A stretch of DNA of 62,447 bases, filler included, from Stramenopiles sp. TOSAG23-2 (Eukaryota): assembly GCA_900128395.1 (NCBI GenBank). It is 5 parts of 5 records of this genome, joined end to end, with 100 filler letters (N's around TTAATTAATTAA, not from the genome) between each part and the next. Parts side by side here need not be neighbours in the genome. Positions count along the whole stretch, not along the records: positions 28,773 to 57,335 come from LT649398.1; 4 more parts are not named here. The stretch is one strand, 5' to 3'. The stretch's first letter is position 1; each line of letters opens with the position of its first letter. The notes under the pieces were generated by a model. The model worked only from the letters and a program-made list of their open reading frames with translations. It did not search any database and was not told the DNA's origin. The translations under genes were made by a program, and so were the position numbers. Positions 29,596-39,985 of the stretch are shown here, in pieces.

Positions 29596-32500
29596 ATGGT
29601 GGCAATGAAAATTAATTTACATAATGTTGCATACGTTTTAACGTTGTTCTTTTTGACAACGGTTGTTGTAACTAATGGTTTAGATCTTAAAACAAAATAT
29701 GTGAAGTATAATGAAGACGGAGAGCCGGAACATTTTCACATAGATTTATCAAAACGTTGTCCAAAAATAGGATGCCTAAATAAAGGTCGTTTGACTGCGG
29801 ATTGTTCTTGCAAGTGTAGAGGATTTTGGCTTGGTGCGTCTTGTGAAAAATGTGGTTTGATGCAAAGTGATTGTCGTCATGGCAGTATATTAGATCAAGA
29901 TACATGTCGTTGTGTTAGTTGTCCAGCTCCTTGGGGCGGACACTTATGTGATACTTGTAGTATAAAAACAACAAAGCATGGGGAAGTAGATCCAGAGACT
30001 TGCCGAATTAAAGAATGCCCATTACCATGGACGGGTTCTGATTGCAAAACATGTCTACGCGACGAAAGTTTTTGCGGCCAAGGATCGATTTTAAACAAAG
30101 CAACATGTTTATGCGATAATTGCCCTGCGCAATTTAATGCTAATACAATAGTTAATAAAAAAAAAGCAGTGATAAAAGCTAAAGTGGAAGAAAAAATTGC
30201 CGAGTTGAAACGTGAAAAAGCGGAAGAAAACAAAGCTAATCAACCTATCAAGAAAGCTGAAGGAGGTACGGATTGGCTCTCATGGGCTGATGCATTTGGA
30301 TTTTTAGAAGTCAGCACTGGTAAAAGCAGTAGTAGTAGTAGAAGAAATAGTGTTAGCGTAACGAATATTCCCAATTCGTTTTGTGGTAAATGCCCAGTTA
30401 AAAAATGTTCCAATGACGGTACGGTCGACATGGAAAAATGTGCCTGTGTTGACTGTGCTGAAAATTGGGGAGGATTGCGTTGTGATAAATGTTTGTTAGA
30501 AGATGGTGATTGCCAAAATGGCGCAATTTTAGACAAAGCAAGTTGTTCATGTTCTGTAGCATGTACATTTCCATGGGGTGGGCCATTATGTACAGACTGT
30601 AAACGCAGTGAGGATTCATGTTTTCATTCAGGGAAATTTGACGAAGATACCTGTCGTTGTAAAGAATGTGATGCTCCTTGGAAAGGTGCAATTTGTGGCG
30701 AGTGTGGCATAACTACAGAGCATTGTAAAAATGGTGGAACGCCTTGTACCAAATCATGTCGCTGCGTCAATTGTAACAGACCATGGCGTGGTCAATTCTG
30801 TAAGCAATGCGGTTTATCTAATGACGATTGTGAAAATGGCGGTACCGTCGATACAAATACTTGTACTTGTACTTGCAAAATGCCTTGGGGTGGTAAGACA
30901 TGCGCCACATGTAAATTGCCAAAGGAGACATGCACGGAAGGGACTGTATTGAGTCAAAATATGTGTGCATGTGTACCAAATCCTAAAGGTACCGCGCAAT
31001 TAGCAATGGAAAAGGCAGAAAAAGCCAAGAAAGAATTATCAGTTGCAATGAAAGATCCACGTGGTAACCTAAAAGATGTGAAGAAATTCTTAGCAACGCC
31101 ACGCGCTGAGAACGAGGAGACATCTTTTCTTGAATTTGTTGAGACAGAGAAGAAATTACCACGAAGGCCAAAAGTTGGTAAAATCGTTACATGTAAATTT
31201 ACAGGTGTACCAGATTTAATGACAAATTTCGTTGGACCTAATCAATACTACGGTAGAACTCGTGGTGGATATTTTCAACATCTATTTGTGGATCAAGAAT
31301 GTACAAACGGAAAATTACCAGACCCACGCGAAGGAGAATGGATATCTAGTTTAGCAATTAGTCATGCATGCGGTGAGCCAGACCAATGGTCGATTATATC
31401 ACCAAATGAACAAGATGGCCCAGGAATAATGTTTGATAATAAAAAACCGTGTGTGAAAAATGGTGCTATGAGCGTCCAAGTGGATTTCTTTTTACCAGAT
31501 CAAAAAAAATACAAAAAAGACTATCATCGTTGTGTTTGGCAAGGTACACCAGAACGTTTCATACAACCTAACCCTGCTAAGGGTGGTTCAAATGCTGGCT
31601 ATAGCAAACTTATGTCATTGCCATCATGGTGGACTGCAACGCCTGAAGATCATATTGCCGCTAGAGAAGATCCAGGAAAGGTAGACGCTGATTCCGGTAC
31701 TATTTTAAAGAAATTCAAACTTTCATCGGATCCACGAGCATGGTCAGAACATAGTAATGCAGATTTCCCTGGCTCAATAACCGCAACATCGCCAGGATAT
31801 CACAGGCACGTATTCAGTGCCGAAGATTGCACAAATGGACATCCACCAACAGATAGAAAGTGTTTCGTCTCAATGCGATGGGGTGAGTCATGCGGCGGTG
31901 ATCGTGACTGGAGAGCATTGCATAATTTCAAAGGCAAAGAGAGCGACATTGCAGCCGGTGTCGAATGGTATACAGGTTGTGAATGTGATTCTGCACGGGT
32001 TGGTGTTGATTATTTTTGCCCTAAACAAGATAAAGATTTTAATGCAGAAAACCAAGTGTATACATGCACATACGAAGGTGAAGGAGAAGTATCAAGTTGC
32101 GGAACAAAAGAACGTCATGCAAATGATCCACAAGCTGGTTATTGTCGCCATCATAAATTTACTGCTCAAGAATGTGGTGGAAAACTGCCAGCAGCGGATA
32201 AACATGCTGATAACTGCATTATTGCCACTCGTGAATTTGTACAATGCGGCGAAGGCCAAGACTTTGCTGCAACAATAGGAAAGGACGGTGGTGCACAAGT
32301 ATCATGGTACACTGCTGGATGGTCAGCGGTTAGAGCAGGAAGTGGGGGTAATTGCAGTTCGGCGCGAATTGTAGTTGATTACATGTGCCCTGGTGAGTGC
32401 AACCGTAAGTGTATCAATGGAAAATTGAATGGTGTAACCTGCAATTGCGAATGTAACCCAGGCTGGTCAGGTAGAGAATGTCAAAATTGTGGTGTGGAAG

Positions 32501-34011
32501 AAAAAGATTGCTTACATGGTAGTACATTCAATCCTACGAAATGTAAGTGCGAAGTGCCAGAAGGTGCATATTGGGTTGGTGCATTTGCACAAGATTGTAA
32601 ATTGGCCCAAGACGACTGTAAGAATGGTGGTTTATTAGATTCGAACTCTTGTAAATGCATAGAGTGTAACGAAGGGTTCAAAGGCAAATTATGCACGGAA
32701 TGCGATAGAGCCCAAGATCAATGTAAACAAGGATCTTCACTTGACACGACGACATGTACGTGTTCAGTAGACTGCCCAACCAGTGGTATTTTTTGCGAGA
32801 AGTGTCCAAAGGGTAAAAATGGAGAAATTTGCTCAGGTTCAGGCCAATGTCAAAAAAGTAAATGCGTTTGCAACAAAGGAGCAACTGGTAAAACATGCGC
32901 TACTAAGCCAATGAAATTAGCATGCGCAATAAAGACGGGCAAAGTCGTTCCATTTAAATTTAAATCAAAGACTGGAAAGCCAATAGTCGCAGATAAAGCT
33001 GGCGAGTATAGATTGTTTGAAGTTATTAAAAAAGAAAAAGATGAATTGACATCTGTGCATGGTTATTTCCACAAGGTTGGAAGCTTAAATTTATTAGTTG
33101 GAATTTCTGTTAACAAAGTGGAGAATTTTAAGTCAAATAATGAAGTAGAATCATTTCGCATCATGGCTAAGAAAGGTTCAGACGGATTCGAAGTTACCCA
33201 AGATTGTACTTCTAAAATAAATGTTAGAAGTAAATGGATACAAGGGTCGAAAAAACATTTAAAAATAAGAGCCCAAGGCCAGAGTAGTTTAATGGTAAAA
33301 TCGAATGATAATCAATTCGAAATAAATATAGATAAATTTAAATGTGAATATGGGACGTGCTTTAGTTTTAATATCGATTTGCTAGACAACCCTAAAATAC
33401 ATCACTTTTTAGGCATGTGTGGAAGCCATGGTAAAAAAGAGGAATTTTTGATTGTAGATACATCCTTACAACAAATACAATGCAAAGGTGAACAACAAGA
33501 AATAGATGTTCCATTGCGGTTTAAATCTGTGAGGAGTAGCTTGTTACGGGGACCAAAAAATGTTGGTTCCCAATCGTATAGATTTCTTCAATTGAAGACA
33601 GATTGGGATACAGTAGATTGGGAGTTACCAACTCCTTCCTGGAATTCAGAATCCCCCATTGAAGAACCTGTAACATCGTATAATTTAATTGCACAGGATT
33701 GTAAAGCAGCTACGGTATCATCAACAGAATTAGAATGTAGGATGCACTTACCAGAGTCGTTCCCCCAAGGTTTTGTACGCTCTGATCCCGCATTGGAACC
33801 ATACAAAGCTTGTGCAGACGTATTATGCGATGAAGCTGATCCCGAGAAAGCTCATAAAATGGCCAATATAGAAACTTTAAAGGCAAAACGAATGCGAAAA
33901 GTAGCATTAGAAGAAGAAGCTGCTCAAAAGCAAATAGATGCTGAAAGCAAAGTTGCAAGCAAAATTGCCCAACTTGCGGAAAATGCAGATCCAAATGATA
34001 ATAAGTGTTGA
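29596..34011 (+). CDS. Large secreted Cys-rich protein: EGF/laminin-EGF-like repeats, a triplicated central domain and a VWD-like C-terminal region
   Basis: 1471 aa with a signal peptide. Many C.C..PW.G..C..C.....C.NG..LD...C units. The C-terminal GEYRLF...SVHGYF...GMCG pattern is reminiscent of VWD (weaker call). Confidence 0.88.
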   Translation: MVAMKINLHNVAYVLTLFFLTTVVVTNGLDLKTKYVKYNEDGEPEHFHIDLSKRCPKIGCLNKGRLTADCSCKCRGFWLGASCEKCGLMQSDCRHGSILDQDTCRCVSCPAPWGGHLCDTCSIKTTKHGEVDPETCRIKECPLPWTGSDCKTCLRDESFCGQGSILNKATCLCDNCPAQFNANTIVNKKKAVIKAKVEEKIAELKREKAEENKANQPIKKAEGGTDWLSWADAFGFLEVSTGKSSSSSRRNSVSVTNIPNSFCGKCPVKKCSNDGTVDMEKCACVDCAENWGGLRCDKCLLEDGDCQNGAILDKASCSCSVACTFPWGGPLCTDCKRSEDSCFHSGKFDEDTCRCKECDAPWKGAICGECGITTEHCKNGGTPCTKSCRCVNCNRPWRGQFCKQCGLSNDDCENGGTVDTNTCTCTCKMPWGGKTCATCKLPKETCTEGTVLSQNMCACVPNPKGTAQLAMEKAEKAKKELSVAMKDPRGNLKDVKKFLATPRAENEETSFLEFVETEKKLPRRPKVGKIVTCKFTGVPDLMTNFVGPNQYYGRTRGGYFQHLFVDQECTNGKLPDPREGEWISSLAISHACGEPDQWSIISPNEQDGPGIMFDNKKPCVKNGAMSVQVDFFLPDQKKYKKDYHRCVWQGTPERFIQPNPAKGGSNAGYSKLMSLPSWWTATPEDHIAAREDPGKVDADSGTILKKFKLSSDPRAWSEHSNADFPGSITATSPGYHRHVFSAEDCTNGHPPTDRKCFVSMRWGESCGGDRDWRALHNFKGKESDIAAGVEWYTGCECDSARVGVDYFCPKQDKDFNAENQVYTCTYEGEGEVSSCGTKERHANDPQAGYCRHHKFTAQECGGKLPAADKHADNCIIATREFVQCGEGQDFAATIGKDGGAQVSWYTAGWSAVRAGSGGNCSSARIVVDYMCPGECNRKCINGKLNGVTCNCECNPGWSGRECQNCGVEEKDCLHGSTFNPTKCKCEVPEGAYWVGAFAQDCKLAQDDCKNGGLLDSNSCKCIECNEGFKGKLCTECDRAQDQCKQGSSLDTTTCTCSVDCPTSGIFCEKCPKGKNGEICSGSGQCQKSKCVCNKGATGKTCATKPMKLACAIKTGKVVPFKFKSKTGKPIVADKAGEYRLFEVIKKEKDELTSVHGYFHKVGSLNLLVGISVNKVENFKSNNEVESFRIMAKKGSDGFEVTQDCTSKINVRSKWIQGSKKHLKIRAQGQSSLMVKSNDNQFEINIDKFKCEYGTCFSFNIDLLDNPKIHHFLGMCGSHGKKEEFLIVDTSLQQIQCKGEQQEIDVPLRFKSVRSSLLRGPKNVGSQSYRFLQLKTDWDTVDWELPTPSWNSESPIEEPVTSYNLIAQDCKAATVSSTELECRMHLPESFPQGFVRSDPALEPYKACADVLCDEADPEKAHKMANIETLKAKRMRKVALEEEAAQKQIDAESKVASKIAQLAENADPNDNKC

Positions 34012-34139
34012 GATTGTCGAGTGTTGCGGGGGTTAAAATTTAAAATCTACGTAGTATAGTGTTTATAAAACTACGAGTACGTACTTCGTAATATTTTTTA
34101 ATATTACCACTTTATTCGCGCGGTACACATACCCTTCGT

Positions 34140-35090
34140 TTAATCATTTAAATCACCATTTCCTTCTCCTACTAATCTACCGTTTGCATCCCAATGATTT
34201 GCTTTTCCGCCTTTTTTACGTATAAGTGCAATGATTTCTTGGCGAATTGGACTAAAATTATATTGATATGCCTGGTCCAGGGGAGTGACCCTGGACCCTG
34301 ACAACTGTTGATTAATACTATTAATAGAAATATGTTCTAATAAAAAACGAATCACATCAGTACTCATTTTGTTATAACTTGCTGCTAAATGTAATGCATT
34401 TCTTCCATTACTATGTCCAATAGTAGGATCAGCTTCACCTTGTTCAATTAAATATTGAACTATGTGGAAATGTTCCTTCTTTGCAGCTGTCATTAAAGGT
34501 GTATATTTACCACCATGACTAATTCTACCTTCTTGATTCACATATTCTTTCCATGCCATATTACCATTACTACAGTTCACATCACGATTCGTAATATATT
34601 TGTGATAAGGATGAAGATTCACAAATAATTTTACATCATCCAGACGCCCATGTTGACATGCACATACGAAAGGTGTTGGTATCCGACTCGTCCACAATGT
34701 ACCACGTGGAAACTCTCTTTGATATCTTTCAATTAATAAATAAAGTCTTCTTGCTGGATGTGTTGGTATCAGCTCATTTATACTTCTTCTGCCTTCATAT
34801 TCAAGCCTCAAGGCTACATCACGCACACGTTCAAAATCATCAGATCCAAATCGTTTTCTACATTGCTGTATTAAAGAAGATCGTTTCACATTACACAATG
34901 TTTTAATATCTAAATATTGTAATATATTTAACATGATCCCGCAGGCAGACTCAAATCCAGCTGGTAAAACTAATATACCAATCTTAATTGGTGGTGGCGC
35001 CCGTTTTTGTTGTAACGCTTCAATCGTCGATTCCTGTAATGCCGGGCGTTGTCGTTTCGCAGGTGGCGGTGTGGTAGTAAGTGATGCCAT
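34140..35090 (-). CDS. Ankyrin-repeat protein with F-box-like N-terminal motif
   Basis: MLNILQYLDIKTLCNV (F-box-like); ankyrin repeats TPFVCAC, TPLMTAA, NALHLAA and TPLDQA. Confidence 0.8.
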   Translation of the reverse strand: MASLTTTPPPAKRQRPALQESTIEALQQKRAPPPIKIGILVLPAGFESACGIMLNILQYLDIKTLCNVKRSSLIQQCRKRFGSDDFERVRDVALRLEYEGRRSINELIPTHPARRLYLLIERYQREFPRGTLWTSRIPTPFVCACQHGRLDDVKLFVNLHPYHKYITNRDVNCSNGNMAWKEYVNQEGRISHGGKYTPLMTAAKKEHFHIVQYLIEQGEADPTIGHSNGRNALHLAASYNKMSTDVIRFLLEHISINSINQQLSGSRVTPLDQAYQYNFSPIRQEIIALIRKKGGKANHWDANGRLVGEGNGDLND

Positions 35091-35508
35091 GATTATATAT
35101 ATGTATATATATATCTTTAGTCCTTTCTATTTCTATTTTCTTCAACATTTTTTCTATCTATACATTTGATATATATTTCTATATTTATTATACTTATTTA
35201 TTCATATTCAATTGATCGGAGTTTACAGGTAAGTTGGACATAGATAGAAGACGACGACAGATTTTTCTTCTTCTTCTTCGACGAATAATAATAAAAAAAA
35301 ATAAAATACCAGGTATTATTATAATTACCTTAACCTGTACTAATAGTACAGTATTAGTATGGCTACGACTTTAACTTATGCCAAGAATATAAATAAGGTA
35401 AATAAGAGAGCGACAATGCGACAATTAGCTGCATTTTTTTTTTTGGTCAAAAAAATATTTCAATAAAACAGAAAATTAAAATCTTTCTTTCTCCAGTTCT
35501 CCCTGCTT

Positions 35509-35566
<58 letters not shown>
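35509..35566. repeat. (TC)n microsatellite
   Basis: Near-perfect TC dinucleotide run immediately downstream of the DNMT2 stop codon. Confidence 0.95.
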
Positions 35567-35571
<5 letters not shown>

Positions 35572-35577
35572 AGTTGG

Positions 35578-36768
35578 TTATGGAAAAAATAATTTTAAAA
35601 GCTCTTTTACTGCCAAAACGTGTAAACTGTTGCCTGCAAGAGCATATTGTTTTTTCAACGATATGTTCATTGGAAATTCGAAGTCAGATGGAAATCCCAA
35701 TAAATTAACAATTTCTTTTGGAGAAAAATAACGTAGTTTCCCAATATAATCACCATACCAATCATTTTTTCGTTCTTGCTCTTGCAGTTGTGTTACATCA
35801 TTGACATTTGTTTTAACATTATCATTTTTCTTCATCTTTTGTATTTTATTTTTCTGCTTTTCTTCCAGCATGTAATCCAAAGAATTGGTATGACCTCCCA
35901 TCATTTTTTGTCCAAGTTGATCATCGATACATATTATACTTCCAGTACCTTTCATAAATCGATAATATGAATGTGTAAAACATGCACTTCTATTGGATGA
36001 AGGTGTTACAATATCTAATGACCAACTACCATTTGAACTTAATGTATCTTTTGATACTACCAATAATTTCTGTAATTCCAAATTATGTTTTGTCTCTAAA
36101 AAATCTTTAATCGGCTTTCTTTGAATGGCATTATTATTATTAGTAGTAATAATAGTAGTATTGTTATTATTATTATCTAAATTTAAATTATTGAATCTGA
36201 TTGCTTCCGGTATTTTTTGTAATAAGGATCCAACTATAAAAATTCGTGGCCGTGTATTCGGTATCCCAAACTGTTCTGGGGACAGTTTAAACAATTTAAA
36301 ATGATAATTGCGACGCTTCAGTACTTTCAACAAATATTTGCATGAATCAGATACTTCAAAATTTACCACATTTTCAAGTAAAAAATATGTAGGTGGTTTT
36401 GACATTTTATCTAGTATTTTACATAAGTGTATTAATGCTGATGAACGCTTATCCATCAAATCTCTTTTTGTCGTTTCATTCTGCCTAGTATATGGCTGAC
36501 ATGGAGGTGACATCATCCACATGTTAGCATTCTTTAAGTTTTCACTATTTAATTGTTGAATTGGTTTTTGGCTAGGTTTAATCGAGTTGGGATGATTGTG
36601 ATGATATACTTCATTTGCTGTTGTAGAAAAATCAAACGCTTTTATAATTTGATATTTTAAATGTGGTTGATGCACTTTCATAAATGATTTTAATGCATAA
36701 TGCATTCCACCAATACCAGAAAAGAATTCTATAACATTTAATTGTTGTTGTAGTGTTTTTGATGACAT
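35578..36768 (-). CDS. TRDMT1: tRNA (cytosine-38-C5)-methyltransferase DNMT2
   Basis: Motifs EFFSGIGGMH, MSPPCQPYTRQ, LENVVNF, QFGIPNTRPR, the DNMT2-specific CFT..Y....GTGS, LRYFSPKEI and GNSL. Confidence 0.95.
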   Translation of the reverse strand: MSSKTLQQQLNVIEFFSGIGGMHYALKSFMKVHQPHLKYQIIKAFDFSTTANEVYHHNHPNSIKPSQKPIQQLNSENLKNANMWMMSPPCQPYTRQNETTKRDLMDKRSSALIHLCKILDKMSKPPTYFLLENVVNFEVSDSCKYLLKVLKRRNYHFKLFKLSPEQFGIPNTRPRIFIVGSLLQKIPEAIRFNNLNLDNNNNNTTIITTNNNNAIQRKPIKDFLETKHNLELQKLLVVSKDTLSSNGSWSLDIVTPSSNRSACFTHSYYRFMKGTGSIICIDDQLGQKMMGGHTNSLDYMLEEKQKNKIQKMKKNDNVKTNVNDVTQLQEQERKNDWYGDYIGKLRYFSPKEIVNLLGFPSDFEFPMNISLKKQYALAGNSLHVLAVKELLKLFFP

Positions 36769-37222
36769 GTTGTGATAATATTTATTTATGCTTCATATAT
36801 ATTACTTCGTCTATGTATATATTAAGTGTGTAAATATATATATCTCTAGAGTAAGAGGGTGTGTGTAATATTTATCGAATTAGAATATAACATTATAGAT
36901 ATTATCTGATATATATTAAATAATAAATAAATATATAAGTTTTAATTAATAAATGGTTAATTAATAAAAATAATAATTAATTTAATTATTATATAAGATT
37001 AATTTTTTTATATATATAAAATATAAGATGATTTTTTTCATCTCAGTATCAGCATGCATTTTCCGAAATAATTGATTTATATACACATCGGATCACACAC
37101 ACACACACACACATGCACACATTATTTATTTTCACATCAAACGATAGTATGGAAATGGATTATAATTCACAATTTCATCATCGTTTCCTTTTTCTTTTTT
37201 TAAACACTTTTGACATATATAT

Positions 37223-38602
37223 CTATGCTGATAACATTGCCGACATTTCTGCATCATCATAATTGGTATCATCAACTAAATCACTACCAAACCATTTGTC
37301 ATCCGTTAATTCATCGTTGGCTAAATCAAATTCACTGTAATCAAAGGCATCAGTTGGATCCATATCCATATGAAATGGATCTTCACTACTTGTCGAATCG
37401 ATTGAATCAAATGTGCGTAAAGAATTTACTCTTTTTGGTAATGCAGCATTATTGCTTTTTTTTATCAATTTTGCTTTTGGTGATCTTTTCTTTCTCGTTA
37501 TCTTCTTGTTATTTTTTTTACTGACTGCTTTTTTAGATTTTGCAGCAGCATCGGTATTTTTATTTTTTGATGCAGCATTTTTCTTTGTCTCTTTGCTGTT
37601 TTTCTTTCGCGTTTTCTTCGCTTTCGTCCTATTGGTTGGTGATAACGATGAAGTCGACCCTGTAGCTGCTTGTTGCACCACTTGTATTTGAGCAGGAGTA
37701 GCAGATTTCACAACTTCTTCTTGATGATATTTTGCTATTGGTATATCAACATTTTTCAACAATGCATGTAATGCATCGTGAGATCTAGACAATGAAATAA
37801 TTCCTTTCTCTTGTAATTTCTGTACCAATCGCCTTATTTGTGTACTTTCAACATTCGGGTTGATATCAAAACTACATTGTGTTTGTGCATCTTGCATTTG
37901 TTTTGGCTGTTCATGTGGGCAAACATGGCCTTTTTTTGGTACACCACATTTACCACATTTATAACTACCTCGTAATTTACCAAGAGCAGATACAGAACGA
38001 TTTGACATAAATTTTTTAATTAAATTTGGGCTATTATCCATTCGAATCGATGGGCTTGCTGTCACAGAATTGTCACTTTTGCTACGTTTATGCTTTGGTG
38101 TATTGATATAACCATTCATAACATCGCTTTTGTTACCATCGCTGGTGGTGTTGTTGCTGTTGCTACTACTGCTACTACCATTTAAGGCAAATGGTTTGAC
38201 AATACCATTATTATTGTTGGTGGTAGTATTATTGTTTCTTGGCTTGCTTTTTGGCGACAATACTTGTAACCCACTCATATCATTATCCAAAATACTTAAA
38301 TTCAATGACATTGACCGTTTGTGGTTGGTTGTTCCAAATTTACGCTTGTTGCTATGTTTTTTGTTTCCTAAAATTTCTCCCCAATTTGCTTTTTTTTGGT
38401 TGTTGTTGGTCAACTTGGTTGGTGCAGAGTTGATTCTTTGCCCTGCTGAGTGCTTACCTTGTCCGGTATCATTTTGAAACACCACTCCTCCATTCTTTGA
38501 CGCAGAATAATCATTCATCCACGCGGAACCAACTGTGCCAAACGGGTTGGATGTTGATGTATTGTTCGTATTACTATTATTTGAAAAATTAAAGTTTGAC
38601 AT
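37223..38602 (-). CDS. Low-complexity putative nuclear regulator with a CxxC-x5-HxC zinc-knuckle motif
   Basis: RGSYKCGKCGVPKKGHVCP; Lys-rich NLS-like segment; acidic C-terminus. Confidence 0.8.
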   Translation of the reverse strand: MSNFNFSNNSNTNNTSTSNPFGTVGSAWMNDYSASKNGGVVFQNDTGQGKHSAGQRINSAPTKLTNNNQKKANWGEILGNKKHSNKRKFGTTNHKRSMSLNLSILDNDMSGLQVLSPKSKPRNNNTTTNNNNGIVKPFALNGSSSSSNSNNTTSDGNKSDVMNGYINTPKHKRSKSDNSVTASPSIRMDNSPNLIKKFMSNRSVSALGKLRGSYKCGKCGVPKKGHVCPHEQPKQMQDAQTQCSFDINPNVESTQIRRLVQKLQEKGIISLSRSHDALHALLKNVDIPIAKYHQEEVVKSATPAQIQVVQQAATGSTSSLSPTNRTKAKKTRKKNSKETKKNAASKNKNTDAAAKSKKAVSKKNNKKITRKKRSPKAKLIKKSNNAALPKRVNSLRTFDSIDSTSSEDPFHMDMDPTDAFDYSEFDLANDELTDDKWFGSDLVDDTNYDDAEMSAMLSA

Positions 38603-39985
38603 GTTCTTTTAAATATATATATGTTTATATTACGAAATAGAGGCTAGTTTTCCTCTTTCTCTTCTGTATATATATATCTACGTAAATTTGATAATAATTT
38701 ATTAAATATTAAATGTGTTGTATAATCAATATATATAATATAATATATATATATATATTCTAGATATAGTACTATACCAATTATTAATTAAAGTGTATAT
38801 ATTTGTATCCTTGTATAAATGTTGCAGTCAGTCTTTTTATATAATATGATTGTACAATCTTGATGTACATTTTCCTCTCTACCCATGTCATTCATGTGTG
38901 AGATTTATCGATATCTTTGGTGCATGTTTTATGATGTTGTGCTGTTGTGCGTGCAAGCATGCTCCGTGTTTCAACCCGTTTGATCCTTTACAGGTACAAA
39001 AATAGTTTATCTTTAATGGAATTTTAACTTAGATATATTTTTCAATTTTATCCCTTTTAATAATGTTATATTTACATACTATAGAATATTAATTTTTTAT
39101 TACATTTTGTTTTTCAAAAATGGATAAACTTTTTCTATAGTAAATATTTTGGGATAAATAGCAAGATAAAGAATGAAAAATAAGCTATATATATGTGGTG
39201 GGGGGGGAAAAAAAAAGTTAATAACAATGTAAATGCTATGTTAATGCAGCAGCGGTTGGAAATTATGCACAAGGTATTATTGTGGAAAAAGGTAAAACCA
39301 AAAAGGTAAAAGTTATTAAAAGTGCTATAAGCTGCTGAAGGTTGAAGGTATATTTCGCAAAAACATCGCACATTCGCAGTGCTATATCAATATTAATAGA
39401 TCTACCCAAGAAACCGTGTCAAAAATGTAAACTAGAGCTACGAGGACGTAGAGCGTATACTGGATAGCAGTTGCGATACTGGATACTGTGGAGTACAAAC
39501 AGTGTCAAAACGTCAAAACTGTACACTGAACAAAATAACAAAATAACACTATTCACTATGGTAAAATCGATAGCATGAAATAGCATTATACTTTTGATAT
39601 ATATAACTAAGAAGTACATTTACCTATGAAATAATTGAAAATTTAACTCTGTCAAAATTCCTGTTGAGAAAGTTGAAAGTTTTGGAAGCCATTTTTGGAA
39701 AATTGGATTAATTTTAATAAAAACTTTTTAGATTTTAACCATCATTAATATATACTCTCGTAGTTTGTACTTCGTTTACGAAGTTCGCACGACGCAAAAA
39801 TTTTATAAAATTATTTATATTAACAACACTGTACAGTTCCAACAGTATTAATATCATATTTAAAGCATAAAAATAATATAAGCTCGTATGCATTACCATT
39901 CCATCAGGTTACTGGTTACTGATGATGTACTCGTACATATTTTTACTTCTCACATATACATATAATATCATATATATATACTTCT

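Noticed and set aside
39135-39619. Short ORFs in AT-rich spacers (also 12704-12928, 28781-29110, 43851-44078)
   Set aside because: Their I/Y/F-rich composition comes from (AT)n and poly-T tracts, with no coding signature.
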